Below, piece by piece: positions 28,051 through 38,016 of a DNA stretch of 64,000 bases. Every line of letters starts with the position of its first letter. The first letter of the stretch is position 1. Position numbers and translations under genes: made by a program. The notes beneath the pieces are model-generated. The model did no database searches and was not told the DNA's origin. It saw only the letters and a list, made by a program, of their open reading frames with translations. Source of the DNA: a virus. The stretch covers positions 121,705 to 185,704 of the IMG/VR virus record IMGVR_UViG_3300018962_000001. One strand, written 5' to 3'.

Positions 28051-31000
28051 TTAAATATATCCAGCGGCACGCAGATCGCGCAAAAAGCCTGCCCAGGCTT
28101 CTTCTTGCCGGGCATCAATCATCCGGGCAATTTGATCAAGGGTATAATTGACGCCCTCAATCTGGTAGGTCGGAGCATAGGTGATGGGCGGCAGGTTCAG
28201 CCGGGTCGCCACGGCAGCCAGCGCGGGCGCTGCTGTTTGTGCCCGGAATCGGTCAAAGGTCGCAGCGCCGCCACCAAGCGAACGGTCGAGCAATCCATGC
28301 TCCAGCTCCTGTGTCAATGCGACTAATTGATCCTCCATCGCCGCCCGCAATCGCGCGAGTCGTTCGCGTAACCGATCGACGGGAACGACGACCTCCGGCC
28401 CAGCCTCGCCCAATAAGTAATTGGTACCAGTATGCGCCCCGATCCCGGTCACCGGCTCCCGAATGACGCCACCTGTGGCATACCCAACCCAGCCACCACC
28501 ACGCATCACCGACTGGACCCCAGGCAGATCACGAATATGGCCGTACCGGCGTTTAATATAATTAATCGCGGCGATCAGGTTTTCAATGGGATCATAGATG
28601 TCTCCGGGATTGCCAAGATCCCGTCCGTTCGCATAGCCCAGATCTCCGGTATAGGCACGGGCGGATGCCCGTTTGTTGGCATTAAAGGTTTGCGGAATCG
28701 TTTGAGCCAGGCCGCGCGATGGATACCCCGCGCGAAAATTCGAGTCCCATAGATTGATAGATCGGGGATTCCAGCCTGACTCATACTTGCCAAGAATGGA
28801 CAGCCCCTGAAGCCAATCGCGGGTAACCGCAGCCCCTGCCAGTGCCTCGCTGATCCACGATCGCGCTGGCCCCGGTGTGCCCGGCCAGTACTCGCCACCC
28901 CGTGGGTCCGGCGTGTCTTGAGTCACGCCCCGCAGTTCGCGGAGGAAGGCCGCGAGTTCCAGCTTGGGATCAACCCAATTGCCCCGTTTGTCACTAATCT
29001 GATAGTGGAGGTGATCGACCATTTCCCCGTCGCGGTAGGGCGTATGCCCGACGTTGCCGATGTCATAGCCCCGCTCGATCTGCTGGCCCGCGCGGAAGTT
29101 GGCTGGATCAACGAGGTGGGCATAGTAGTGTTCGCGACCCGATTGCCCGCGAATTTGAATATAGTTTCCACCGAATCCGTTCCAGCCCTGATAGGAAACG
29201 ACGCCGCTCTCCAGTGCTCGGATGATCGTCCCTTCATCGGCGAGAATGTCGATGCCCTCGTGTCTCCCGGTGGTATCAGGACGCGCATCCCCCCACCACG
29301 ATACGATCTCCCGGCTGCCGACCATAAACTCGGCAGCGTCATAGACATCGGTCCCGACCTGGGCATCCTCAAAGGCACGCAGTAAGCCTTCGACCAGCGC
29401 GAGTGCCCACTCTTTCACTTTGCCGAAGATCGCCGTGCCCACACCAGCAAAGGCATCACCAGCAAAGTCGAACGACTCGAATCCCACGGCGCTCAGCCCA
29501 CGATCCAGCACCCACCCCGCACCTTGACTGATCCAGTTAATGACATCGCCGATCGCGTCGCCAATGCCAAGTTCATAGGCCGGGTAGTTCCCCGGTAGCA
29601 ACCCACGCCGCCGCAGGCGCGCGGTCTCCTGATGCGGGAGGACCGTTGAGCCGCGCGGCAACATAACGATTTCCGGTCCCTTTTCTCCCACAATGGCCGG
29701 GCCACCTGGATGGTACCCCCGCCGCGTGCCCCGCGCATATTGGGGAATGGTCGGAAGATTAAAGGTATCGGGAAGCGGCGCGGCAGCACCGAGCTTCTCG
29801 GCAATCCAATTGATCGCGTCGCGGAATTTGTTGACAAAGAACTCAAACCCTTTAATGGCAGCATTAAGTCCCGACGATCCATCCGCCGGGCCGATGGCCG
29901 TGTTTGCCATCTTTTTCATAATGGTGCCGATCTCGTTAGCAGCTCCCACGAACGGGGCGAGAATGGCCTCCTTGATCTCGCTGATTCGGTCGCTCATCCC
30001 TTTCCAGGCGCGATAGCCTCCATTGAGCACGCCATTGCCCCGGTCATCCCAGGTGCCGACAAAATCACGCATCGCGGTTTTGCCACCCTCGACGAGATTC
30101 GCAAAGAGTCCCAGCACGCCAGGGCCACCAACGGTGTACGTTCCCACCAAATTGTTCCGAATAAGATTCGGAAGATTAACGACCAGTTGTGCCACCTGGC
30201 CGATTAAGGAGTCGCCGCTGGTATCACTCAGCCCAATCCACTGCTTCACGGTGCGACTGGTATCGTTGATTAACCCCCAGAATAGCCCAAGGACGCCGCC
30301 GCCGCCGGACGCATAGCGCCCGACCAACTCGCCGATGAGTCGGAAGAATCCATTCGCGAGGCGTTGGATCGTGCCTAACATCGATCCGGCAGCAGAATCC
30401 GATCCGACCCAGGCAATCAGCGCATCGAGGCCTTCATTGACAAGCCAATACAGCCAGCCCAGTACCCCGTTCTGCCCGGACGCATACGTGCCAACCATCC
30501 ATCTGATCGCAGCGAGATAGTCATCCGCAAGCGTGCGGATCAGACCGAGCATCCCCCCCTGTTGGTAGGCTCCGATCCATCGCTCAATATTTGTTAGCGC
30601 GGTATCCACCAGCGTTGCCAGGAGTCCAAGCAGACCGCCGCCGCCGGGAGTCCACGTGCCGACCATCCAACGGATGGTCTGAAGCATGGCATCCGCGAGA
30701 CCCTGGATTTTCGCAAGCCCCCAGTCCCATAAGTTCTGGAACCACCGCACGATCCCGTTGACCATATCGGGAATAATCGAGTGCCCAACCAGATCCACCC
30801 ACAGCTGGTAAAAGGCGTTTTTCACCCCTTCCCACAAGCCAACTGCCAGGCCGATCACCGTGGTCACTGCCCCGGTGAAGATCGATACTACACTGTCAAT
30901 AATCCCCTGGACAAAATCGCCAACCGCTTGCCAAAGCGGCTGCCAATCGCCGGTATAGAATCCGTAGATGATTCCCGCAACAATCCGCACCACCCCGGTG

Positions 31001-34000
31001 ATCACCGTCGCGATTAGTTGAATCACGCCAAGGAAGACCTCAATGATTCCGCCAAGCCCGACGATCACGCCCGGCAGCACCCCGGACAGCAGATTGATGA
31101 TGAATCCCAGGACATAGAGAAACGTCGTTCCCAGAATCGTGCCCACCGTCACCAATACCGCAGCGATACCTCCTAAGATGGGCATGAGCGACCGCAGGGT
31201 ATTGAAAAAGATGGTGACCAGAGGACTCAGCACCTGGAACGCGGTTTGGAGATTCGCCCAGAGGCGTCCGAACGCTAACCCAACCGCTCCCACGGCACGT
31301 TGAAAATCATGAAAGAGCGGTTGCAGGAAGGCGATGAATCGACTCCAGGTCGGCGTGACCGTGGTGTTCCAGTACTGAACAAACTCGGCGACGCGCCCCT
31401 GAATATTGCCCCAGTTCTTCAGCCACGCCACCGTTAACAGCCCGATCACCAGCGCGATCGCGCCAATCGCGAGGGTGACGGGGTTGATCGCGACCGCTAA
31501 GGCTGAGAAGATGGCTGGCCCGGTGCGGAATAGCCCCAGGAGGTTGCTGACAGGATTGGTCAGCATGGTGAGCGGGTTCAATGCCCGCCAGATTGCGCTG
31601 AACACCGGTCCCAGCCGTGATCCCACGGCTGCCAGGACCGGGAAGCGCGTGCCGAGGGCCGTAAATAGGCCCGTAACCGTGTTGACAGGGTGGATTAACA
31701 GTTGGAATGGATTCAGGATTCCGCGCAGCGCAGGGGCTAGGGGACCAAGGTAGGTTGTCACCCCTTGGATTCCAAGATGAATCGCACCGCCAACGCGGAA
31801 GACGGCAAAGGCCGTCCCAATCCCCGCGACGACACTGAGAATCGTCCCGCCATTGGTTTGCAAGAAGGCAAAGAAGGGCTGGATTTCGGCCCGCACCCCT
31901 TGCATCGTCGCCCGCAGATTGGCAAACTCATCGGGGAGTTGACCGAGTCCGCCGAACTCGGATTCCCAATCCACCCGTGCTTCGCCCCCCGCAGGCATCG
32001 GAGGCAGCGGGATGTCGGGAGCCGTCATGCCAAAGAGGGCAGTGACAAATTGGACAACCGCATTGCGGGCTAAGTCGATTCGCTCCTTAGCCGTATCAAT
32101 CGTGGTGCTGAATGATTGCCATGCTTGTTGGCCTTGGGCCAGGCCAGTCGTGATATTGTCGGTGAGCTGCGTGATCGCCTGGGTCGCGTCACCAAAGGTC
32201 GATTGTTGTCCACGAGCCGCTTGATCGGCTGCTTTTTGCGCCTTTTCCTGAATGTTCAGGATCATCTGCTCAATTTCTGAGTACTCTTGTGATCCCTCGG
32301 CATAGCGACTGCGAAGGCCCATCAACAGCTCAAGGGCTTCGTTATATCGTCCTTGATCCGTCAGGAGGCGCGCTTGGGCCTTGATCTGCCGCTCATAGGC
32401 GTTTTCTGCCTTGATCCCCGAACTTGCGATCGAACGATCCCGCTGGGCTTGCAGACGCTCAATCTGCGCCTCGATGTTGAGCCACTCTTTCGATCCCTCG
32501 GCAAAGTGCGACTGTCGCTCCCGCAGCTTCGCAATCGCTCCATCATAATCGCCGGTTGCCTTTTCCAGATTGGCTTGCGCGGCGATCTGTTGATCCATCG
32601 CCTTCGCAGCCTTGCCGGTTGCCTCCTCCTGCAACCGTGCCCGGCGTTCTTCGAGCACCTGGATCTGGCGCAGCGTGTCAAAGTACTCCTTGCTCCCCGG
32701 CTCCAAGCCCGCCAACTTTTCGCGCAAGATGGCGATCTGCCCGTTGGTGTCCTCCAGTTCCAGGTTGTATTTTTCCTGGGCGGTTCCCACCTTGGCAGCA
32801 TCGCGGGCGGCGTCCTCCGCTTGCTGGCGTTGGAGATTGGCGATCTGCTCCATGATGCGGTAGCGCTCTGCCGGATCAGTGGTTCGTTCAAGCTCCTCGT
32901 TAAGCAACGCGATTTTGCCGGGCGTATCCGCAATGGCGAGCTGGTAGTCGAGGAGGGCTTTTCGCTGCCGTTCCTGTTCTTCCGTCGCTTCACGCCGGGC
33001 TTGATTGAGTTCTCGCTCCGCTTCCAGATATTCCAGTGTGCCGGGGGTCAATTCACTTAAGCGTTGCTCTAGGATCGCGGTCTTTTCCGCCGCCGTCGCC
33101 GTTTCGAGGGCATTGCGGCGCTGCGCCTCGGCCAAGGCTTCCGCTTCTTTGCGCGACTTTTCTTCAGCCGCCGCCTGAAGCTGCGCCAACTGGGTCCGCA
33201 GCCGGTATCCTTCTTCAGACTCTTCGCCAACCGCCGCGATCCGGTCGCGCAACATTTGCTGGCGTGTTGCATCATCGGCAATCGCGTATTGATAATCCCA
33301 CTGTGCGTCCGCTAAGCGCTTGAGCCGATCTTCTTCCTTTTTGGTCCCACTTTCGCGTTCATCGGCCAGGCGATGCTCCAGGTCATAGATCTGCGCGAGA
33401 ATCTTGTAGTATTCTTCACTTCCATGCTCAACATTCGCAAGTTCACCGCGCAGGATCGCCAGTTTCCCGGCAGTATCGGCAATATGGAAGTTGTAGTCGC
33501 GCTGGGCTTTCGCGCGGCGGTTGGCTTCCAAGACCGCCTCGCGTTCCCCCGGCGTCATGCCCGGCAGCAGCCCAAGTTTGCGATCTTCATTGATCTGGCG
33601 TTGAATTTGCAGCACCTGCTCCATGAAGCGGAGTTCCCGCTCTTGGAGGCGGTCGGCGGCGGCAAATCCGGCCAAACGGTCGGCGACCACCTGCTGCTGC
33701 TGTTTCAAAATCTCAAGCTGCTGCTGGAGTTGGGTCTTTTGATCGTCTTGGGCCTGTTCCTGGGCCTCCAACATCGCCAGCTGATCGCGCGCGGCACGTT
33801 GTTGCGTAAAGGTGCGTGCGTTGCGCAGGGCACGTTCTGCCGAGCGTGTTGCTTCTTGGAGACGGCGGCGGGCGGCGGGATCATCCAAGGCCCGCAGCTT
33901 CGCTTGCACCTCATCGATCTGTTGGGTAAGAACGGCCTGATTCAACCGCTCTTGAATACGTAGGAAGATGTCGCGGTTTTGTTCGCCGAGGCGCGACTCG

Positions 34001-35694
34001 ATCTGCATCAATGATTCGGCACTGATCCTCCCCGTTTGATTGATGGAGTCGATCGCCTGCGCGACCAGTTGCGTGATCCCCGGATCTCCATTGGTGCCCA
34101 CGGAGATGCGAATCGCTTCCTCAGCACTAATTTTGCCCGCCGTAACCAGCGCCGTCAGCCGATCTTGAACCTCCTCGGCGATCGTCGTCAGTGCGCCAAA
34201 GTCCGAATCGTCCCACTCAAGATAGGCCCGGAGGACCGGACTAAACCACGTGTCAATGGTCGAGAGCGGCCCTTCTCGCGGCGGCGAGAAACCACGCAAG
34301 AACGCTTCGATCCGGCTAGTGATTGCCAGGATTGCCATCTCGACGTAGCTACTGGCTCCTGCTAACATGCCATCGGCGAAGGCTGCAATGCTGTTCACAC
34401 CGCCAAGGAACAGTTCACGCGACAGGTTCTGAATCAGGCGAAGAATGAGTCCACTTAATCCCAGCAGGAGATTCGTAATCTGGGTGGCAGCCGTGCCGAA
34501 ATCGCCGCTAAACAGGGAGATCAAGGCTCCCCGGAGCGGCGCGAGCGCGGCCAGCACCTGCGCTGCAAACTGGCCGTATCCTCCCACGACCCGATCCACA
34601 AAGGCCAGCGCTGGGGCGGTTGCCTGGCTGAATCCGGTTGCCATTGCCTGAACCGTGCTGATAGCGAGGCGCATGCCTGCGGCAATGCCCTGCCCCAGCG
34701 TGGCGGCGGCGGCGAATAACGCCGGGTCTTTCAGTAAATTTTCGAGGCCAACCAACTGCTCTTTGATGACATCAAAGATTGGTGCTCCGAACACGCTGCG
34801 CAGCATGAACCAGCGGTCAGAAATATTCGACAGAATACCGTCCATCGATCGGGCGGCAAGTTGGGCGGCACCGCCGAACTTCTCGGCAAGAATCTCGTTG
34901 AGGGCGGTGAGCGCCTGATCCGCCGTGCCGAGATACGTTCCCTGCGCATCGAACTTGAGTCCCTTCATCTCAAGATCGGAGCGAGTCGCAATCGCAAGCT
35001 CTCGGAGGCGGCGGAAGGCATCGCCGAAGTCACCCGTTCCAACACGAGCAATCGCGAAGGTGACTTGTTCCAATTGGCTGCTTAAATCACGGATCGCCGG
35101 ACGAGTGACGACCGCTGCGTTGGCGACGTTGAGGAGAAATTCTTGCGTGCGCGCGCCAGCAACCTGGAGTTGCCGATCCGCTTCCACCAGCGCGGGCAGA
35201 TCAAACGGGGTTTGCACATTAATCGCCTGCAATTCGGCAAGGCGACTTCGGGCGCGCGCGAGCATCTGCGCTGTCGTATCGCCTTCCTGTCGCAGCAGGG
35301 TCATGTAGGAGATGATGCTGTTTTCGAGTTGCTGGTTGGGACCAACCAGCCCGGAGAGTGCTGCCGAGGCAATCCGGCCTAACTCACGGAATCCAAAGGT
35401 CAACGCGCCCACGCGCGTGATCAGGCCGACCATCCCCCCGCCTAAGACGTTGATCGACGATGACAATCCTGACGAGGTTTGCTGGGCACGGACGAACGTG
35501 TCGCGAAGCACGGAAGCCAGGGTTCGGGCTGACGCGGTAAGTGAACTCATGGATCGCGTGCTCGTCTGCGTGTTGACGTTAAACCCCTGGAGCTGTGATC
35601 CAAGCGCTTGAAGATTTGACCCGATGGCGCGGAGGGCGTTCAGCGCCGACTGGGCATTGCCCGTAAAATTTAAGAGAACCTGAATTTGATTCAC
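28051..35694 (-). CDS. tape measure protein with C-terminal M23 peptidase and lytic transglycosylase (SLT) domains
   Basis: Long helical, coiled-coil and hydrophobic repeat protein; HEGIDI...YYAHL...HLHYQI (M23); YESGWNPRSINLWDSN...SRGLAQTIPQTF (SLT); GTG start after AAGGAGG. Confidence 0.9.
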   Translation of the reverse strand: MNQIQVLLNFTGNAQSALNALRAIGSNLQALGSQLQGFNVNTQTSTRSMSSLTASARTLASVLRDTFVRAQQTSSGLSSSINVLGGGMVGLITRVGALTFGFRELGRIASAALSGLVGPNQQLENSIISYMTLLRQEGDTTAQMLARARSRLAELQAINVQTPFDLPALVEADRQLQVAGARTQEFLLNVANAAVVTRPAIRDLSSQLEQVTFAIARVGTGDFGDAFRRLRELAIATRSDLEMKGLKFDAQGTYLGTADQALTALNEILAEKFGGAAQLAARSMDGILSNISDRWFMLRSVFGAPIFDVIKEQLVGLENLLKDPALFAAAATLGQGIAAGMRLAISTVQAMATGFSQATAPALAFVDRVVGGYGQFAAQVLAALAPLRGALISLFSGDFGTAATQITNLLLGLSGLILRLIQNLSRELFLGGVNSIAAFADGMLAGASSYVEMAILAITSRIEAFLRGFSPPREGPLSTIDTWFSPVLRAYLEWDDSDFGALTTIAEEVQDRLTALVTAGKISAEEAIRISVGTNGDPGITQLVAQAIDSINQTGRISAESLMQIESRLGEQNRDIFLRIQERLNQAVLTQQIDEVQAKLRALDDPAARRRLQEATRSAERALRNARTFTQQRAARDQLAMLEAQEQAQDDQKTQLQQQLEILKQQQQVVADRLAGFAAADRLQERELRFMEQVLQIQRQINEDRKLGLLPGMTPGEREAVLEANRRAKAQRDYNFHIADTAGKLAILRGELANVEHGSEEYYKILAQIYDLEHRLADERESGTKKEEDRLKRLADAQWDYQYAIADDATRQQMLRDRIAAVGEESEEGYRLRTQLAQLQAAAEEKSRKEAEALAEAQRRNALETATAAEKTAILEQRLSELTPGTLEYLEAERELNQARREATEEQERQRKALLDYQLAIADTPGKIALLNEELERTTDPAERYRIMEQIANLQRQQAEDAARDAAKVGTAQEKYNLELEDTNGQIAILREKLAGLEPGSKEYFDTLRQIQVLEERRARLQEEATGKAAKAMDQQIAAQANLEKATGDYDGAIAKLRERQSHFAEGSKEWLNIEAQIERLQAQRDRSIASSGIKAENAYERQIKAQARLLTDQGRYNEALELLMGLRSRYAEGSQEYSEIEQMILNIQEKAQKAADQAARGQQSTFGDATQAITQLTDNITTGLAQGQQAWQSFSTTIDTAKERIDLARNAVVQFVTALFGMTAPDIPLPPMPAGGEARVDWESEFGGLGQLPDEFANLRATMQGVRAEIQPFFAFLQTNGGTILSVVAGIGTAFAVFRVGGAIHLGIQGVTTYLGPLAPALRGILNPFQLLIHPVNTVTGLFTALGTRFPVLAAVGSRLGPVFSAIWRALNPLTMLTNPVSNLLGLFRTGPAIFSALAVAINPVTLAIGAIALVIGLLTVAWLKNWGNIQGRVAEFVQYWNTTVTPTWSRFIAFLQPLFHDFQRAVGAVGLAFGRLWANLQTAFQVLSPLVTIFFNTLRSLMPILGGIAAVLVTVGTILGTTFLYVLGFIINLLSGVLPGVIVGLGGIIEVFLGVIQLIATVITGVVRIVAGIIYGFYTGDWQPLWQAVGDFVQGIIDSVVSIFTGAVTTVIGLAVGLWEGVKNAFYQLWVDLVGHSIIPDMVNGIVRWFQNLWDWGLAKIQGLADAMLQTIRWMVGTWTPGGGGLLGLLATLVDTALTNIERWIGAYQQGGMLGLIRTLADDYLAAIRWMVGTYASGQNGVLGWLYWLVNEGLDALIAWVGSDSAAGSMLGTIQRLANGFFRLIGELVGRYASGGGGVLGLFWGLINDTSRTVKQWIGLSDTSGDSLIGQVAQLVVNLPNLIRNNLVGTYTVGGPGVLGLFANLVEGGKTAMRDFVGTWDDRGNGVLNGGYRAWKGMSDRISEIKEAILAPFVGAANEIGTIMKKMANTAIGPADGSSGLNAAIKGFEFFVNKFRDAINWIAEKLGAAAPLPDTFNLPTIPQYARGTRRGYHPGGPAIVGEKGPEIVMLPRGSTVLPHQETARLRRRGLLPGNYPAYELGIGDAIGDVINWISQGAGWVLDRGLSAVGFESFDFAGDAFAGVGTAIFGKVKEWALALVEGLLRAFEDAQVGTDVYDAAEFMVGSREIVSWWGDARPDTTGRHEGIDILADEGTIIRALESGVVSYQGWNGFGGNYIQIRGQSGREHYYAHLVDPANFRAGQQIERGYDIGNVGHTPYRDGEMVDHLHYQISDKRGNWVDPKLELAAFLRELRGVTQDTPDPRGGEYWPGTPGPARSWISEALAGAAVTRDWLQGLSILGKYESGWNPRSINLWDSNFRAGYPSRGLAQTIPQTFNANKRASARAYTGDLGYANGRDLGNPGDIYDPIENLIAAINYIKRRYGHIRDLPGVQSVMRGGGWVGYATGGVIREPVTGIGAHTGTNYLLGEAGPEVVVPVDRLRERLARLRAAMEDQLVALTQELEHGLLDRSLGGGAATFDRFRAQTAAPALAAVATRLNLPPITYAPTYQIEGVNYTLDQIARMIDARQEEAWAGFLRDLRAAGYI

Positions 35695-35706
35695 GGTTGT
35701 CCCTCC

Positions 35707-35735
35707 TTGCCGAAGGGACGAACGTGATCTACAGT
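35707..35735 (+). promoter_or_regulatory. putative promoter of the stand-alone pentamer-tract RNA
   Basis: TTGCCG-17 nt-TACAGT, placing the predicted start (~35742) just before the tract. Confidence 0.5.
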
Positions 35736-35746
35736 GCGGTGAACGC

Positions 35747-35826
35747 GGCCTGGATCGGCCTGAGACGGCATCGACGGGCAAGGCACGGTTGGGCTATCCG
35801 TGGCTAGGTATGGTTGGGCGTGGCGC
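35747..35826 (+). ncRNA. stand-alone GG(Y)NN pentamer tract (candidate guide RNA)
   Basis: 16 in-phase pentamers: ggcct ggatc ggcct gagac ggcat cgacg ggcaa ggcac ggttg ggcta tccgt ggcta ggtat ggttg ggcgt ggcgc. Confidence 0.65.
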
Positions 35827-35854
35827 AGCACCTCACATGTGTGAGGTGCTGTTT
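35826..35854 (+). terminator. intrinsic terminator ending the stand-alone tract
   Basis: CAGCACCTCAC-ATGT-GTGAGGTGCTG-TTT. Confidence 0.65.
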
Positions 35855-35984
35855 GATTCTTGGGATGCCAACGGTGCCCCATCCGAGCCTCGCACGATAC
35901 GGATCATGTGTCGGATGGGCGAGCACGGGGGAATGGTGGCCCATATAGGAGAAGTCGGGGCAGATGCGCGGACTTCTGCCCCGT

Positions 35985-36013
35985 AGTATAGCAAAGACCA
36001 GCGGCGTCGTCTA
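35985..36013 (-). promoter_or_regulatory. putative promoter for the tape measure/tail operon
   Basis: Minus strand TAGACG-17 nt-TATACT with extended -10 TG; followed by a CGGGGCAGA/TCTGCCCCG hairpin. Confidence 0.5.
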
Positions 36014-36202
36014 GGATGGGTCGGTGGGGGACTCCCACGGGAAGGGAATCCCATTGGCGAGAAAATACTTCCGCCAAAACTCGGTGTCGAAGGGATGGCG
36101 ATCCGGCGGCGGCGGCGTGAGATGGCGCGTCTTAATGGCTGCCGCGATTGCCACCAGCGAACGGTAGATCACGGCCCAGAACAAGCGATCGGCGTTCTTC
36201 AT
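36011..36202 (-). CDS. small hypothetical protein (MKNADRLFW...)
   Basis: AAAGGAGG RBS; 63 aa. Confidence 0.6.
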   Translation of the reverse strand: MKNADRLFWAVIYRSLVAIAAAIKTRHLTPPPPDRHPFDTEFWRKYFLANGIPFPWESPTDPS

Positions 36203-36212
36203 TGTTCCTCCT

Positions 36213-37220
36213 TTAAGGAGCAGTGCGCTCCGCTGCTTCGATGGTGTGAATCCCGGTGAGAAGTTGATAATACGCCAAGCTTCCAGGCTGAAATAAGAGC
36301 AGATAGCCTTGGAGCAACTCTTTCCGCGTGGCACGCGCGGGTTCTAAGGTGATGCGTGCTCGAATCAGCGCCATCCGTTCGTCATCCGTCAACTGCGGAT
36401 CGGCCAGCCGATCTTCAAGCAGCAGGATCTTCTGGACGCGCGCAGCGGCAGCGAGGGCCATTGTGGTCGGCGAGATGATCGAGTCGGAGTCGTCCTCCGG
36501 TGGCGTATAAGGCCGGGGGGCAGCTAATCGGGTGGTTGGCCCCGTCGCCGGACGCAGACGTTGATAAATCTCGACCCACGACAGGCCCAACCGCCGGAGT
36601 GCGAGGATTTCCGCACGCCGGTTCGGCAGATTCTGATAGGCCACCGACTGACGCAGATCCTCCCAGAGCGGCTGAATCTCGCTGAACCACTGCTGACGGC
36701 GGAGAACATCCTGTGGCCCCGGATCAAGCACTCGCACCTCCTCCGGCCAGAAAGCAATCGCCTGATCGATCTGGAGATTAATGAGTCCCAGTGGCACGCC
36801 CGCAGCATCGCACTCAACACCATCTTGATCGATCCACGGCTTGTGCGGTGATCGCCGGATGAGATGGGGTTTCGTTCCCTGGATGACCGGGAAGATCGCC
36901 GGATCGAGTGGGGGGACAAAGGCCGCATGCGACGTGGGATCATCCACGCGGGCCAGATCTGGGATCGTGTGCCCACACCCGGAACAAAACTTCGCACCGG
37001 GTTCGATTCCACGATACCCACAGCGGGTACACTGATTTGCTGCGCGCGCGCGCTGTAGGCACTGATTTGCGAGCAATGTCCGGGACCGAAACTCTGCCAG
37101 ATCAGATCGATAGAGCAGGGTGGTCCGGTAGGCTGCATACAAGGTCGCCATCAGGACTCCTACCTGAACTCCCTCACTCGAAAGATGGAATAGGAGATCC
37201 ACGAACCAATCATTCATCAC
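36213..37220 (-). CDS. protein with N-terminal hydrophobic segment and zinc ribbon
   Basis: CTRCG...GAKFCSGCG; coupled to the upstream HTH gene. Confidence 0.6.
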   Translation of the reverse strand: MMNDWFVDLLFHLSSEGVQVGVLMATLYAAYRTTLLYRSDLAEFRSRTLLANQCLQRARAANQCTRCGYRGIEPGAKFCSGCGHTIPDLARVDDPTSHAAFVPPLDPAIFPVIQGTKPHLIRRSPHKPWIDQDGVECDAAGVPLGLINLQIDQAIAFWPEEVRVLDPGPQDVLRRQQWFSEIQPLWEDLRQSVAYQNLPNRRAEILALRRLGLSWVEIYQRLRPATGPTTRLAAPRPYTPPEDDSDSIISPTTMALAAAARVQKILLLEDRLADPQLTDDERMALIRARITLEPARATRKELLQGYLLLFQPGSLAYYQLLTGIHTIEAAERTAP

Positions 37221-37432
37221 TCCTCCCGTTCCTCCGGCGGCGGCGGCGCGAACAATGCCAGCAACGGCACACCGAGCGCGGCAGCCATTTTGTCAAGCGA
37301 TCCGATCGTTAACGTCTCGACGTGGCGATTATGCCAGGCTTTGCGAACCGTCCCCACCCCCAGATCGGCCCGTCGTGCCAGCTTCGAGATATTTAACGCC
37401 TGGGCGGTGGCGATAACAGCTACTTGAAACAT
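37217..37432 (-). CDS. XRE/Cro-like HTH transcriptional regulator
   Basis: LNISKLARRADLGVGTVRKAW...IGSLDKMAAALGVPLLALF; AAGGAGG RBS. Confidence 0.85.
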   Translation of the reverse strand: MFQVAVIATAQALNISKLARRADLGVGTVRKAWHNRHVETLTIGSLDKMAAALGVPLLALFAPPPPEEREE

Positions 37433-37472
37433 TCGATCCTCCTTCCTCGTGTGGAGCGCGCATCATTGTGCA

Positions 37473-37558
37473 TTGACAGACCGCATATCTATGTTATACT
37501 GTCATTATAATGTATAGTATATAGAGTATAGCATACAAAACCTATGCTACATTATACT
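37473..37558 (+). promoter_or_regulatory. AT-rich control region between divergent genes, with promoter(s) and inverted repeats
   Basis: TTGACA-16 nt-TATACT (37473-37500); second TATACT at 37553; inverted repeats TATAATGTA/TACATTATA and TAGCATA/TATGCTA. Confidence 0.65.
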
Positions 37559-37605
37559 CCCACTCCCGGCAGAATGCTAGACATTCGACAGATGAATTCG
37601 GACAT

Positions 37606-38006
37606 GGTTGGGTGTGGATTGGCTAGGCTAGGAGAGGCACGGTGAGGTCTGGCACGGATGACTCTGCACTGAGTCCAATCCCTTCGGGGTATCTGGGTAT
37701 GGCATGGGAACGGTTGGGTCCGGTAAGGATCGGCTGGGAGCGGCAAGGTGTGGCAAGGTCGGGCTGGGCCGGGCAACGCAGGGCACGGATGGCGGTGTAT
37801 TCCGCCACCATTCCCCACCAGGGGAATACGAGGATGGCTGGGCGCGGGCATGGCGAGGCGTGGCAAGTCGAGGCTGGGCCGCGCTAGGTGCGGCAAGGCA
37901 CGGATGATCGTGGATTCGATCACCATCCCTCACACGAGGGTTATTTGGCTCGGATCGGTCAGGATTGGCTAGGTCAGGTGGGGCTGGGTGAGGCTTGGTT
38001 TGGTAC
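37606..38006 (+). repeat. array 1: four GG(Y)NN pentamer tracts separated by hairpin spacers (candidate guide-RNA array)
   Basis: Tracts at 37606-37655, 37696-37786, 37836-37901 and 37947-38006 with GG every 5 nt; the first three end GGCAC-GGAT-5-bp hairpin-(A)CCA followed by a second hairpin. Confidence 0.85.
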
Positions 38007-38016
38007 AAGGAGCAGT

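Noticed and set aside
35695..35781. ORF-track N-terminal extension of the tape measure protein
   Set aside because: A strong AAGGAGG RBS supports the GTG start at 35694; the extension overlaps the opposite-strand promoter and tract.
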